Source: an uncultured Actinomycetes bacterium
GTDB lineage: Bacteria > Actinomycetota > Thermoleophilia > UBA2241
Reading direction: 5' to 3'
Length of the DNA: 64,000 nucleotides
Assembly (NCBI GenBank): GCA_963725665.1
Contig: CAVRZA010000011.1
Location: 128,001-192,000, forward strand
Below, piece by piece: positions 30,576 to 41,459 of the stretch (its first letter is position 1; every line of letters starts with the position of its first letter). The notes beneath the pieces were generated by a model that saw only the letters and a list, made by a program, of their open reading frames with translations, ran no database searches and was not told the DNA's origin. A program made the position numbers and the translations under genes.

Positions 30576-33500
30576 GGTGCGGCGTCTTCCTCTGCGAGTG
30601 CGGCGGCAACATCTCGGGCGTGCTCGACCTCGAGGCGCTCAGCGAGACTGCAAAGGGCGGCGACGGCGTCGTCGCCGTCGCCGTCAAGCAGTTCATGTGC
30701 GGTACCGAGGGGCGGCGCGCCATCGAGGAGGCCGTCGAGGAACGCGGCCTCGACCACCTCGTCATCGGCTCCTGCTCGCGGCGCTTCCAGGGTCCCACCT
30801 TCGAGCGCGTCGCGCGCGAGCTGCGCCTGGGTGAGAACGCGGTCAGCTTCGCCAACCTGCGCGAAGGGTGTTCGTTCATCCACCGGGACGACCCCCCGGC
30901 GGCGCAGAAGAAGGCGGAGAAGATCCTCGCGGCGGCGGTCAACCGCGCCGCCTGTCAGAGCGACCTGCCGCGGCAACGCACCTTCCTGCACCGCTCGGCG
31001 CTGGTCGTCGGCGGCGGCATCGCCGGCATGAGCGCGGCAGAGGAGCTGGCCGAGGCCGGCATCGAGGTGCACCTGGTCGAGCGCCAGCAGAGCCTGGGTG
31101 GCTACATGGCCCGCCTCTCGAAGACCTTCCCGACCGAGGACTGCGCGATGTGCTCGCTGGCGCCACGGCTCACCAACGCCGCCACCGACTCGCGCATCCA
31201 CATCCACACGCTCTCCGAGGTCACGGGCATCAGCGGGCCTCCCGGTGAGTTCAGGGTCACGATCAAGACCAAGCCGAGCTACGTGACCGAGAAGTGCGTC
31301 GGCTGCGGCGAGTGCGTGCCGGTTTGCCCGGTCAAGGTGAAGAGCGAGTTCGACTTCGGCGTCGTCGAGCGCACGGCCATCTCGCGTCCGTTCGCCAACG
31401 CCGTGCCGGCCACGTTCGCCATCGACAAGAAGGGCTGGGCGCCCTGCAAGAGCGCCTGCCCCGTGCACACCTCCGCCCAGGGATACACGGCCCTCGTCGG
31501 CCGCCGGCCGCTTCGAGGAGGCCTTTCGCGTCGCCAGTGAGCCCAATCCCTTCCCGGGCGTCTGCGGGCGCATCTGCACCCACGTGTGCGAGACGCAGTG
31601 CACGCGCGGTCAGGTCGAGGCGCCGATCGCGATCGCCGGCATCAAGCGCTTCATCGCCGACAACGCGGCGCCGGGCGAGCTCCCGCAGCGGCTGCCGCCC
31701 GTCTACGACGAGAAGGTCGCCATCGTCGGCGCCGGTCCCGCCGGCCTGGCGGCGGCGCGCGAGCTGGCGCGCTTCGGCTACGCGGCGCGTGTGTTCGAGG
31801 CGCTACCTAGGCCAGGCGGCATGCTGCGCTACGGCATCCCCGAGTACCGCCTGCCCGAGGCCGTGCTCGATCGCGACATCGAGCGCATCCTCGCCCTCGG
31901 CGTCGAGCTCGAGACGGGCAGGCGCTGCGGCGAGGACTTCACGGTCGACTCGCTGTTCGCCGGCGGCTACAAGGCCGTCTTCCTGGGAGTGGGACTGCAC
32001 AAGAGCAAGGAGCTGCCGCTGCCGGGGCTCGAGCTCGAAGGCGTCGTGCAAGCCGTCGAGTTCCTGCGCGCCCAGACGCTGGGCGAGAGCCCCACCACCG
32101 GCAAGCGTGTGGTCGTCGTCGGCGGCGGCGACGTCGCCTTCGACGCCGGCCGCACCGCCTTCCGCTGCGGCGCCACCACGGTCACCCTCGCCTGCATCGA
32201 GGACGAGCGCACCCTGCCGGCCACGGAGGAGGAGCTCGAGGAGGGACGCGAGGAGCAGGTGCACGTCGAGTACTCGCTCATGCCGGTCGAGATCCTCGGC
32301 GCCGACGGCAGGGCGACCGGAGTGAAGCTGCAGCGCTGCACGCTGGGCGAGCCCAACGAGCGCGGGTGGCGTCCGCCGCTGCCTGTCGAGGGCGACTACG
32401 TCACCATCGAGGCCGACACCGTGGTCTTCGCCATCGGCCAGGCTCTGGTCGACGACTTCCTCGCCGGCGCCGACGGCGTGACCCTCGAGAGGGGGCAGAT
32501 CGCCATCGATCCCGACACGATGATGACCGTCGCGCATGGGCGTGTTCGCGGGCGGCGACGCGGCCGCCCAGGGCCCCTGGACCGCCATCGAGGCCATCGC
32601 GGCCGGCCGCCGCGCCGCCCGCGCGATGCACGACTTCCTGCGCGGCGAGCAGCTCGTGCGCGTCTGGGACCAGGAGGCCGACAAGGTCAAGATCCCGCAG
32701 ACCGAGCTGGCGCCGCTCGAGCCGCAGGCGCGGCGCGTCATGCCGACGCTGCCGGGGCTCGAGCGGCGCACCACGTGGCAGGAGGTGCGCATCGGCTACA
32801 CCGAGGAGGACGCCGTCGCCGAGGCCAAGCGCTGCCTCGACTGCGCCGTCTGCTCGGAGTGCCGCTCCTGCGAGCTCGCCTGTCCGGCGAGCGCCATCGA
32901 CTTCAGCCAGACGGCCACCGAACAAGAGGTCACCGTCGGGGCGATCGTCATCGCCAGCGGGCACCAGGAGTTCGACGCCTCGCGCAAGATCCCCCTCGGC
33001 TGGGGCCGCTACGACAACGTGCTCACGCAGAGCCAGCTCGCACGCCTCCTCTCGGCGTCGGGCCCGACCGACGGGGAGCTGACACGGCCCTCCGACGGGG
33101 CCGAACCGAAGAAGATACTCATGCTCCAGTGCGTCGGCTCGCGCGACTGCACCTCGACCGGCAACGAGCACTGCTCGGCCGTGTGCTGTCTGTTCGCCAC
33201 GCTGCACGCCTCGCTCATCAAGCAGCACCTCCCCGACGCCGAGGTGACGATCGCTTACACCGACCTGCGTGCGCCCGGCAAGGCGCACGAGGAGTACTAC
33301 CGCCTCGTGCAGGAGCGGGGCGTGCGCTACGTGCGCGGGCGCGTCGGTGAGATCCTCGAGGAGCGCGACAAGCGCCTGACGGTGCGTTTCGAGGACAGCT
33401 TCACCGGCACCAAGGTGGAGGACACCTACGACCTCGTCGTGCTCTCGGCCGGCCTCGAGGCCTCGGCGGGCACGACGCAGATCGCGCGCGTGGCCGGTCT

Positions 33501-33915
33501 GCAGCAGGGTGCGGCGGGCTTCATCAAGGAGTACCACCCCAAGCTGCGCCCCGTCGACACGCAGCGCAGCGGCATGTTCGTCGCCGGCACGGCGCAGGGC
33601 CCCAAGAGCATCCCCGACTCGATCGCCCAGGCCAAGGCCGCCGCGGCGCGGGTCGTCTCGATGCTCTCCACCGGCTTCGTGCTCACGCCGGCTCAGGTCG
33701 CCGCGAGCGACCCCGAGATCTGCATCGGCTGCGGCGTCTGCGAGACCGTCTGCCCGCAGGCCGCCGTCACGCTGACGGTCGGTCCCGACGCGCACTCGGT
33801 CGTCGACGCCAACATCTGCCGCGGCTGCGGCATCTGCTCGGCGGAGTGTCCTTCAGGGGCCATCCAGTTGGGCGGCTTCTCCGATGACGAGATCCTCGCC
33901 GAGGTGCGGCTGTGA
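30572..33915 (+). CDS. hdrA: HdrA with inserted GltD/NfnB-like NAD(P)-binding module (HdrL-type); indels near 31500 and 32533
   Basis: GVFLCECGGNI, GGGIAG, KTFPTEDC; insert CKSACP..PFPGVCGRICTH..GAGPAG..GGMLRYGIP..GGGDVA; then QCVGSRD, CSAVCC, GPKSIPD and ferredoxin tail. Confidence 0.88.
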
Positions 33916-34466
33916 GTGCCGCCGCGACGGACACGACGACTAGTGGTGCAGCGGCGGTCGCGACTGCGGGGTGCACGCCTGTCGCGACCGTTGCCAAGTC
34001 GCACGCCGACGGCGAGATCGCCGCGCAGGCTCAAGCGGCAGCGGCGAGCGCGGCGGAGCGCACGATCGTCGCCTTCTGTTGCCGCGAGTGCGCCTACGCC
34101 GCGGCGGACGCCGCGGCCAACGCGCGCACCCCGCTGCCGCCCTCGGTGCGTCTCGTCCTGGTGCCTTGCACCGGCCGAGTCTCGCCGCTGCACCTGCTGA
34201 CCGCCCTCGCCCAGGGCGCCGACGGCGCCATGGTCGCCGGCTGTCTGCTCGGCCAGTGTCACTACCGCGAGGGCAACTTCAACGCCGTCGACCGGGTGGC
34301 GTTCACGGCCCGTCTGCTGGAGTCGGTAGGCGTCGAGCCAGAGCGCGTGCGCATGTTCACGATGAGCGCCGGCGAGCCGCCCAAGTTCGTGGCCGCGGTG
34401 CGCGAGATGGACAGGGTGATCGGTGGCCTTCCGCCGCTGCAGCGCGACGCCATGAAGGAGGCCTGA
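33912..34466 (+). CDS. mvhD: MvhD/FlpD 2Fe-2S subunit
   Basis: FCCRECAYAAAD, PCTGR, GADG, GC..GQCHY. Confidence 0.9.
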   Translation: MSAAATDTTTSGAAAVATAGCTPVATVAKSHADGEIAAQAQAAAASAAERTIVAFCCRECAYAAADAAANARTPLPPSVRLVLVPCTGRVSPLHLLTALAQGADGAMVAGCLLGQCHYREGNFNAVDRVAFTARLLESVGVEPERVRMFTMSAGEPPKFVAAVREMDRVIGGLPPLQRDAMKEA

Positions 34467-34471
34467 GAAGC

Positions 34472-34927
34472 ATGCCGCTGACGAACCGCGGACGCGAGAT
34501 CCTCGTGCGCGTGCCGGGCGCGTCCTTTCACAGCGGACACAACATCGGCTGCGAGATCGTGCGCCACGAGGAACTCTGCGTGGGCTGCGGCACCTGCGCC
34601 AAGAACTGCCCCACGGGGGCCAGCGAGCGCGGCGCGACCTTCGACGTGAACCAGCTCCTCGACGCCCCCGAGGGAACGAGGCGTGGCGCGCTCGGCGCCG
34701 CGCTGCGGCGCCTGGCGCGCCACGCCCCCGCGGCCGAGATCGAGGTGCCCGAGCGGGTCACCGTCTTTCGCACCATCGTTTACGACGCCGAGGCGTGCCT
34801 CGGCTGCGGCACCTGCGCGCGCAACTGCCCGGCCGATGCCATCGAGGCGCTGCCGCCGAACGTCGCTCCACAGGCCGGAGTCGGCACCGCCGCGCCGGCC
34901 GAGGCGACGACGGGGGTGACGTCGTGA
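34472..34927 (+). CDS. 4Fe-4S dicluster ferredoxin
   Basis: Two CxxCxxCxxxCP motifs. Confidence 0.85.
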   Translation: MPLTNRGREILVRVPGASFHSGHNIGCEIVRHEELCVGCGTCAKNCPTGASERGATFDVNQLLDAPEGTRRGALGAALRRLARHAPAAEIEVPERVTVFRTIVYDAEACLGCGTCARNCPADAIEALPPNVAPQAGVGTAAPAEATTGVTS

Positions 34928-37480
34928 GCGCCGTCGGCACGAACGGCAACAACGGGGCGTCGGTCGCCCCCGCCGACACGGCTGCGACGGGCCCGAGCGT
35001 ACACGGCGCCGCCGGTGTTGCCGGCGGCGAGTCGCCGGTGCTCATCCTCTGCGAGTGCGCTGGGACGATGCCCAACATCGACTTCGCCGGCCTCGAGGAC
35101 GCCTTCGCCGAACGCGCCGAGGTGCTGAGCGGCCGTCACTGGTGCAGCCGCGAGGGCCAGGCCCGTCTGCTCGAGCTGATGGAGGCCGGCGATGGTCGCC
35201 AGCTCGTCTTCGCCGGCTGCTCGAAGGACTTCGCCAACCGGCGCTTCCACCGTCTCATGATGCGCGGGCTCGAGCTCGAGGTCGCCGACATCCGCGAGGG
35301 CTGCTCGTGGGCGCACGGAGCCGTGCGCGGCACGGAGCAGCCGCTCGACGAGATGGCCGCTGTGAGCGACAAGGCGGCGCGCATCATCGAGGCCGCCCTG
35401 ACGTACCCCGCGCCGGCGGCCGACCGCCTCGCCCGCGAGCGTCGCCGCGACTCGGTGCTCGTGATCGGCGGCGGCGTCACCGGCACGCAGGCCGCCTGCG
35501 AGCTGGCCCAGATGGGCCACCACGTCGACCTCGTCGAGACGCGGCCCTTCCTCGGCGGCCGCGCCGCTCGCATCGGCACCGTCTTCCCGACCAACGACTG
35601 CGGCCAGTGTCTGCCGACGACCGACGCCCAGGCCGGCGTGCGCAAGTGCTTCCACCGCAACCTCGCCATCGACGACCCCAAGCTGCACATCTGGCGCCGC
35701 GCCTCGGTCGAATCGGTGGACGGAGGGGCCGGCGACTTCGAGGTCGTCGTGCGCCGCCTGCCCAACATCGTCACCGACGCCTGCATCAATTGCGGCGCGT
35801 GTGAGACGGTCTGTCCCGAGATGAGCGCCGACGGTATGAACAAGGCCATCTACACGGAGTTCTACGACGGCCGCGTGGTGCGCACGGTCGACCTCGAGAC
35901 GTGCAGCTTCTGCGGCGCCTGTGTCGAGGCCTGTCCCGTCGAGGCCATCGACTTCGACCAGTCGCCCGAGCGCATGACGCTGCAGGCGGGCGCCGTCCTC
36001 ACAGCCATCGGCTGTGAGCCGGCGCCAGCCGAGCTCGTCACGCACCTAGGCTACGGCCACGAGCCGGTCGTCACGCAGACCGAGCTCGCCGAGCTTCTCG
36101 ACGACTGGGAGGCGCAGTCGGCCGAGGGACGCGCGCCGGCCAAGGAGCTGGTCATGATCCAGTGCGCCGGCTCACGCGACCGCCGTCGCCTGCCCTACTG
36201 CTCGCGCCTCTGCTGCATGATCGCCCTCAAGCACGCCATCCGCCTGCGCATGCTGTTCCCAGAGATGAAGGTGACCATCTGCTACCTCGAGTTGCGCGCC
36301 GCCGGCATCGGCTACGAGAACTGGTACCTCGAGGCGCGGCGTGCCGGGGTCGAGTTCCTGCGCGGCACGCCGCCGGAGGTGCAGTTCGACGAGAACGGGC
36401 GACCGGTGATCGAGGTCGACGACATGTCGGCAGGACGCAAGAGGACCCTGCGCCCCGACCTCGTGGTGCTCTCGAGCGGCATGGTCCCGGCGAACGACAC
36501 GCGGCGCATCGCCGAGGCTCTGCAGATCGAGCGCGACGAGGACGGCTTCATCGAGATCCTCGACCGCAAGAACCGGGCCACGGAGACCACGCGCGAGGGC
36601 GTCTTCGTCGCCGGATCGGCGGCGGGCCCGAAGGCCCTGGTGGAGTGCAACACGGAGGCCTCGGCGGTGGCCAGCGAGATCCACAACTTCCTCGCCAGCG
36701 CCGGGCGCCGCAGCGCGCCCGCCTCCGTCGTCGACGCGGCGATCTGCGTCGGCTGCGACATCTGCTTCGATGCCTGCCCCTTCAACGCCATTTCCCTGGT
36801 GGAGCGGCCGGCCGACGCGCCGCGTCCGGCTGAGGTGAAGGATCACGGCAAGCTGGCCGTCATCGACGAGGAGGCCTGTCACGCTTGCGGCATCTGCGCC
36901 GCCAACTGCCCCGAGATCGCCATCCGCCACAACCTCGCCGACGAGGCGCTCTTCGGCCGCCTGCGGATCATCACTGAGGGCGTCGACGAGCCCATCGTCG
37001 GCTTCTACTGCAAGGAGTGCGCCGGCGCCGCCATCAGCCTGGGCGGCCTGCGCCACGACAGCTACCCGCCCAACGTGCGGCTGATCGAGCTGCCCTGCCT
37101 CGGGCGAGTGAGCGCCCTGCACATCGCCGAGGCCGCGCGCCTCGGTGCCAAAGGCGTGTTCCTCGCCGGCTGCGCCGAGGGGCGCTGCCAGTATCGGACG
37201 GGAGATTCCAGCGCCGTCGAGCAGGCGCGCCTGGCGGCCGAACTGCTCGAGGACGCCGGACAGCGGCTGCCGATCGAGCTCTGGCACCTGTGCGCCGTCG
37301 ACGGCGCCAGCGTCGGCCGTCGCATCCGCCGCTTCTGCGACCAGGCTCTGAACGATGGGGACCCGGCTAACGACGGCCCCGGCAAGCGAACGGAGCGCGG
37401 TGCGCGCGAGCTGGTGACGGTGGTCGCCGGCGAGGCGGCCTGCGAGGGAGGTGAGAGCAGTGCCTGCAGCTCGCTACTAG
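34924..37480 (+). CDS. hdrA: Second HdrA fused to C-terminal MvhD domain
   Basis: LCECAG, DIREGCSWAH, VFPTNDC, QCAGSRD, YCSRLCCMIALK, ferredoxins, then FYCKEC, LPCLGR, GCAEGRCQY. Removing one base near 37472 gives stop TAG at 37478-37480. Confidence 0.85.
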
Positions 37481-38690
37481 CGAGGCACATGAGACCGTTC
37501 GCCGGCTGGCGGACGAGTGCCGCCAGTGCTACCAGTGCGGCCAGTGCGTGGGGGCGTGCCCGAGCGGGTTCGAGCTCGAGGAAGGCCCGCGGCTCGTCGT
37601 GCGCCTCATTCTGACCGAGGACACCGAGGCGCTGCTCGAGAACGAGGACGTCTGGCGCTGCAGCGAGTGCGGGAGCTGCACCGACGCCTGCCCCATGGAA
37701 GTGCCGGTGAAGGACATGATGGGCGCCGTGCGCGCGCTGCAGCGCGCGCACGGCGCCCGCGCCTGCCCCGAGCGTCAGGCGGCCGAGATCGCCACCCGCC
37801 ACCTGCAGCGTCACGAGCGCATCGACAACCTCACCTTCGGCGTGGCGATGGCGGCCAAGGGCCACGTCCCCAAGGACGTCGTCGGCGCGGCGGAGGCATT
37901 CGGCAGCATCGTCACCGAGAGGCTGCGCGGCCTCGCCAGACGCGAGGGCTCGGCCGCGCCGGACTCGTCCGGAGCGGCGGCGGCGACCGCGGCAACCGCC
38001 ACGGACGCCGATCCCGAGACCGCACCCCAGCCGTTCTACGGCGGCTGCTCGCTGCCCCAGGACGCGGAGGCGCACCGGCTCACGCTGGGCGTGGCCGCGT
38101 CGTTGGGCGTTCCCCTCGTCGAGGAGACGGCGGCAGGCTGCTGCGGTCATCCGTCGCGCGGCCAGGTGGCGGCCAAGTACGCCAGCGGACGCCCCGTGCT
38201 CACCGCCTGCCCGGCCTGCGACGCCAGCCTGCGCGAGGCGCAGATCGACACGACGCCTCTCTGGGAGGCGCTGGTCGCGCGCGCCCGGCGCGACGAGCGC
38301 GCGCTGCTCACCGCGGCGCCCACGTTCGTGCCCTACGTCGGCTGCCTCGGCGAGCGCGACCGCGCGCTCGCTTCGCTCGCGGACGCGGCCGCGCTCGCCG
38401 GCGCCACGGTGCACCAGTCCTTCCCCTCGCTGCACGGTGGCTGCTGCGGCGCGCTGGGCGGCATGTATCGCGGCGAGACGACCACGACCCGCAGGCTGCT
38501 CGACTTCGCCGCGCAGAGGCAGGCGCCCGTGGTCACCACCTGTCTGCTGTGCCGTGACAACCTGCGCTCGGCGGCGAGACGGCGCCGCACGCCCGTCGAC
38601 ATCCACTTCTGGCCCGAGTTCTTCTCCGCAGCGCCGCAGAACGGCACTCAGGCGGCGGGGACCGCGACCGCCAAGGGAGAGGCCCGATGA
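37460..38690 (+). CDS. HdrC-like 4Fe-4S domain fused to degenerate HdrB-like CCG domains
   Basis: SD GGAGG plus GTG 37460; after the same 1-bp fix reads CYQCGQCVGACP, WRCSECGSCTDACP, YGGC, GCCG, CPAC, GCCG, CLLC. Confidence 0.8.
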
Positions 38691-39367
38691 CCGAGAAGAC
38701 ACCCAGCCCCGCGAAGGAGACGCGCAAGGAGAATCCCTACGGCGCTCCCGCCGCCAACGCCTTCAAGCCTCGCTCGGCCGAGCGCAAGGACATCGTCACC
38801 ATGATCCTCGAGGACCCGCGCATGGTCGGACACACCGACGGCTTCCAGTCGTGCATCCAGTGCGGCATCTGCACGTCGGGTTGTCCGGCGGCGCGCTTCA
38901 CCGACTACTCGCCGCGCGAGATCGCCCGCAGGGCCCTCGACGGCGACGAGACGCTCCTCACCGACGACTCCGTGTGGTACTGCTACTACTGCTACACGTG
39001 CCAGAGTCGCTGCCCGCGCAAGAACAGCGTGGCGGTCATCAACCAGGTGATCCGCGGTTATCAGGTCGAGCACGGCCACGGTGCACCGCACGTGCAGCCG
39101 TTCGTCACCTGGTGCCAGCGCTTCTACGACGACGGCATGGGCGGAGATCCGCACCTCTTCTTCCCCGACATCATGGAGGCTTTCGGCCCCAAATACCGCG
39201 ACTACATGGAGCACCTGCTCGAGTTCCGCGAGGGGCTCGGCCTGGGGCCGCTCTTCCCCAACGAGAAGGCCGTCGCCGAGGTGCGCACCATCATGGAGGA
39301 GACCGGCTTTAAGGCGCGCCTGGAGAGCCTGGGCGCCTGGGCTGAAGAGCGTCCCGAAGACACGTAG
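38687..39367 (+). CDS. hdrC: Heterodisulfide reductase subunit C
   Basis: CIQCGICTSGCP and WYCYYCYTCQSRCPR. Confidence 0.88.
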   Translation: MTEKTPSPAKETRKENPYGAPAANAFKPRSAERKDIVTMILEDPRMVGHTDGFQSCIQCGICTSGCPAARFTDYSPREIARRALDGDETLLTDDSVWYCYYCYTCQSRCPRKNSVAVINQVIRGYQVEHGHGAPHVQPFVTWCQRFYDDGMGGDPHLFFPDIMEAFGPKYRDYMEHLLEFREGLGLGPLFPNEKAVAEVRTIMEETGFKARLESLGAWAEERPEDT

Positions 39368-39411
39368 GAGCTCTCCCGGCTCACGCCTCCCCGAATAGGG
39401 GGAGACCGGCA

Positions 39412-39720
39412 CTAGCCACGCCCCCCACCCTGCGGGTCGCCCGCCAGCTGCGCTGAGTGCCAGACGGCGACGATCCACACGGTTTCCGACTTCACACGGT
39501 AGAAGAAGCGGTAGGGCGCGACCACGATCTCGCGGAAGGGCAGGTCGGGAAACTCCGGCAGAACGCGCCCCGACTCGGGAAACTTGCGCAAGCGCGACAG
39601 CGACGCCTCGGCCTGCGTGCGCATAGCCGCGGCTGCCGCCGGGTTGTCGGCGCGGATGTAGGCGAGGGCCGCGAGGAACTGCGCCCGAGCGGTGGGCGTG
39701 AACAGGACCTTTCGTCTCAC
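39412..39720 (-). CDS. ParE/RelE family toxin
   Basis: FTPTA, YIRADNP, FPESGR..PE, YRFFYRV, AVWH. Confidence 0.88.
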   Translation of the reverse strand: MRRKVLFTPTARAQFLAALAYIRADNPAAAAAMRTQAEASLSRLRKFPESGRVLPEFPDLPFREIVVAPYRFFYRVKSETVWIVAVWHSAQLAGDPQGGGRG

Positions 39721-39992
39721 GGCCTGCCGAGCAGCTCGTCAGCCTCGGCCAGCACGACCTCGAGGTCGTAGCCGCCACCGCCTTCGATCTCGGCCTCGCC
39801 GCGGGCCAGGAGGCGCAGGATCTCAAGCTCGTGCTGCGTGCGTGCGTAGGTCTGCGTGCTGACCATGACGGCGGCCGCCCGGCCGCGCTGCGTGATGAAC
39901 ACGGGCTCGTGCGAGCTCGCGGCCCGCTTGATGACGCCGGCGGCGTCCTGGCGTAGGTCGGAGATGGGCACGATATTCGGTACTGAAGCCAT
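39717..39992 (-). CDS. Phd/YefM family antitoxin
   Basis: PISDLR, PVFITQRGRAAAV; 4-bp overlap with toxin; SD AGGAGG. Confidence 0.9.
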   Translation of the reverse strand: MASVPNIVPISDLRQDAAGVIKRAASSHEPVFITQRGRAAAVMVSTQTYARTQHELEILRLLARGEAEIEGGGGYDLEVVLAEADELLGRP

Positions 39993-40020
39993 TGACGATA
40001 CCTCCTAGGACACGACTAAC

Positions 40021-40037
40021 GGTACCACCAACGTACC
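40021..40037. promoter_or_regulatory. Probable TA autorepression operator GGTAC-N7-GTACC
   Basis: Dyad about 30 bp upstream of the antitoxin; GTAC cores resemble YefM-type operators. Confidence 0.5.
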
Positions 40038-40182
40038 CACGAAGCCAGAGACGCTGCTATCGCTAACGTCGGGCTTCCACATCCCCGTGCATGCCCGACC
40101 TCAGCAGCATAGACCACCGGGCCGCTGGGAATAAGGAGAGGTCTAGTACGAGCCCCGTGGAATCCGAGGAGCGAGGGGGTAG

Positions 40183-40672
40183 GTGCCTCCAGCCTCATAC
40201 ATCGCCGAGCGACGAGGGTACCTGCTCGCGCTGGCGCGCATCTTCCTCGGTGTGCTCTTCCTGGAGACCTGGGTCGAGAACCTGGTCAAGGGACTGTACT
40301 GGACGAACGGCTACGCCGACTTCATCCGCAACTACGCCGACAAGAACGTGCTGCCCCTCTACCCCACCATCCTCGACAGGGTCGTGATCCCCCACGCCGC
40401 CTTCTTCAGCAAGGCGCAGATGTTCACCGAGCTCGTGATCATCGGGCTCTTCCTGCTCGTGGGGTTCCTTACGCCGGTCGCCGGCGTCGTCGCCGGGCTG
40501 TTCGCGCTCAACTTGCTGCTGGCGACGCGAGGCACGGGGGACTGGTGGGGGACCTACGCGACTGCTCGTCGTGCTCGGCTTTCTCGTCGGGCTGGCCCAG
40601 GCAGGACGCACGTGGGGCATCGACGCCCGGCTCGCCGACAGGAATCCTCGCCCCGGCCTGCCGCTCTACTAG
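40183..40672 (+). CDS. DoxX/DoxD-like membrane protein (indel near 40560)
   Basis: ARIFLG, ELVIIGLFLLVG, then shifted AGRTWGIDARL; stop TAG 40670-40672. Confidence 0.7.
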
Positions 40673-41459
40673 CTCTCCGACCGTCTCGGGCGGGCGCGGG
40701 TGCCCCCGTCGAAGCCGCAGCGGTAGCCACAAGCGGACCAGGGTGACGAAGATGCCGCCGAAAGCCCCCACCGTGCCGCGCGCCGTGCCGGCGATCTTCG
40801 AGCGCCCGGCGCGCGGCCGACTGTGCGCCTCCACGAACGCGATGCGGGCGCCGGCAAGGTGGGCCTTGACGAGCATCTCCGTGGTCCAGGCGAACGGGCG
40901 CGGCTCCATCGTTCAGGCGGCGCAGAAGGCCGGCGTCGATGCCACGGAAGGGTCCGTTGTCGGGCACGTCGAGGTCGAAGAGCAGGCGCAGACACGCGGC
41001 GGCGAGGCGGTTGCCGAGGCGTTGGTGCGTGGGCATGCCGCGAGCGGCATGCCCACGCACGCCGATCACCAGGTCCGCCTCGCCGCGTAGCAGGGGCCCG
41101 ACGAGCAGGGGCAGGTCGCGCGGGTCGTCGCTGCCGTCGCCCTCCATGAAGACGACGGCGCCGGCGCCGCGCGCCAGCGCGGCGCCGGCGCCCGTCAGAC
41201 AGGCATAGCCGTACCCGCGCCGCGGTTCGTCGACGACCCGCGCGCCGCGCCTCTCGAGTAGCTCGCGACTGCCGTCGCGCGAGCCGTTGTCGACGAAGAC
41301 CGCGCGCTCGAGGAGCCCGGGCTCGGCCGCAAGCTCGGCGAGCAGGCCAGGCAGCGCCGGGGCCTCGTCCAGGACCGGGATGACGACCACCCACGGCGTC
41401 GGCTTTTGGGCCGTCCCGAAGCCGGTCTTCCTGCTACGCTCTGCTTGTGATGGGTCCAC
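40669..41459 (-). CDS. Family 2 glycosyltransferase (polyprenol-phosphate glycosyltransferase-like); indel near 40910, both ends uncertain
   Basis: VIPVLDEA, VDNGSRD, RGYGYAC, FMEGDGSD, DNGPFR; shifted WTTEM, SKIAGT. Confidence 0.8.

Noticed and set aside
29570-31540. 656-aa ORF suggesting an HdrB-HdrA fusion
   Set aside because: Produced by the hdrB indel; the real hdrB C-terminus is in ORF 30048-30575 and ends with an ATGA overlap on hdrA.
30572-38690. Selenocysteine codons in HdrA or MvhD, including TGA 37452
   Set aside because: The expected positions are Cys codons. TGA 37452 lies in the SD region upstream of the corrected start at 37460.
39412-39992. TA pair as a marker of a prophage or island
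   Set aside because: No integrase, att repeat or phage genes nearby; ordinary chromosomal module.
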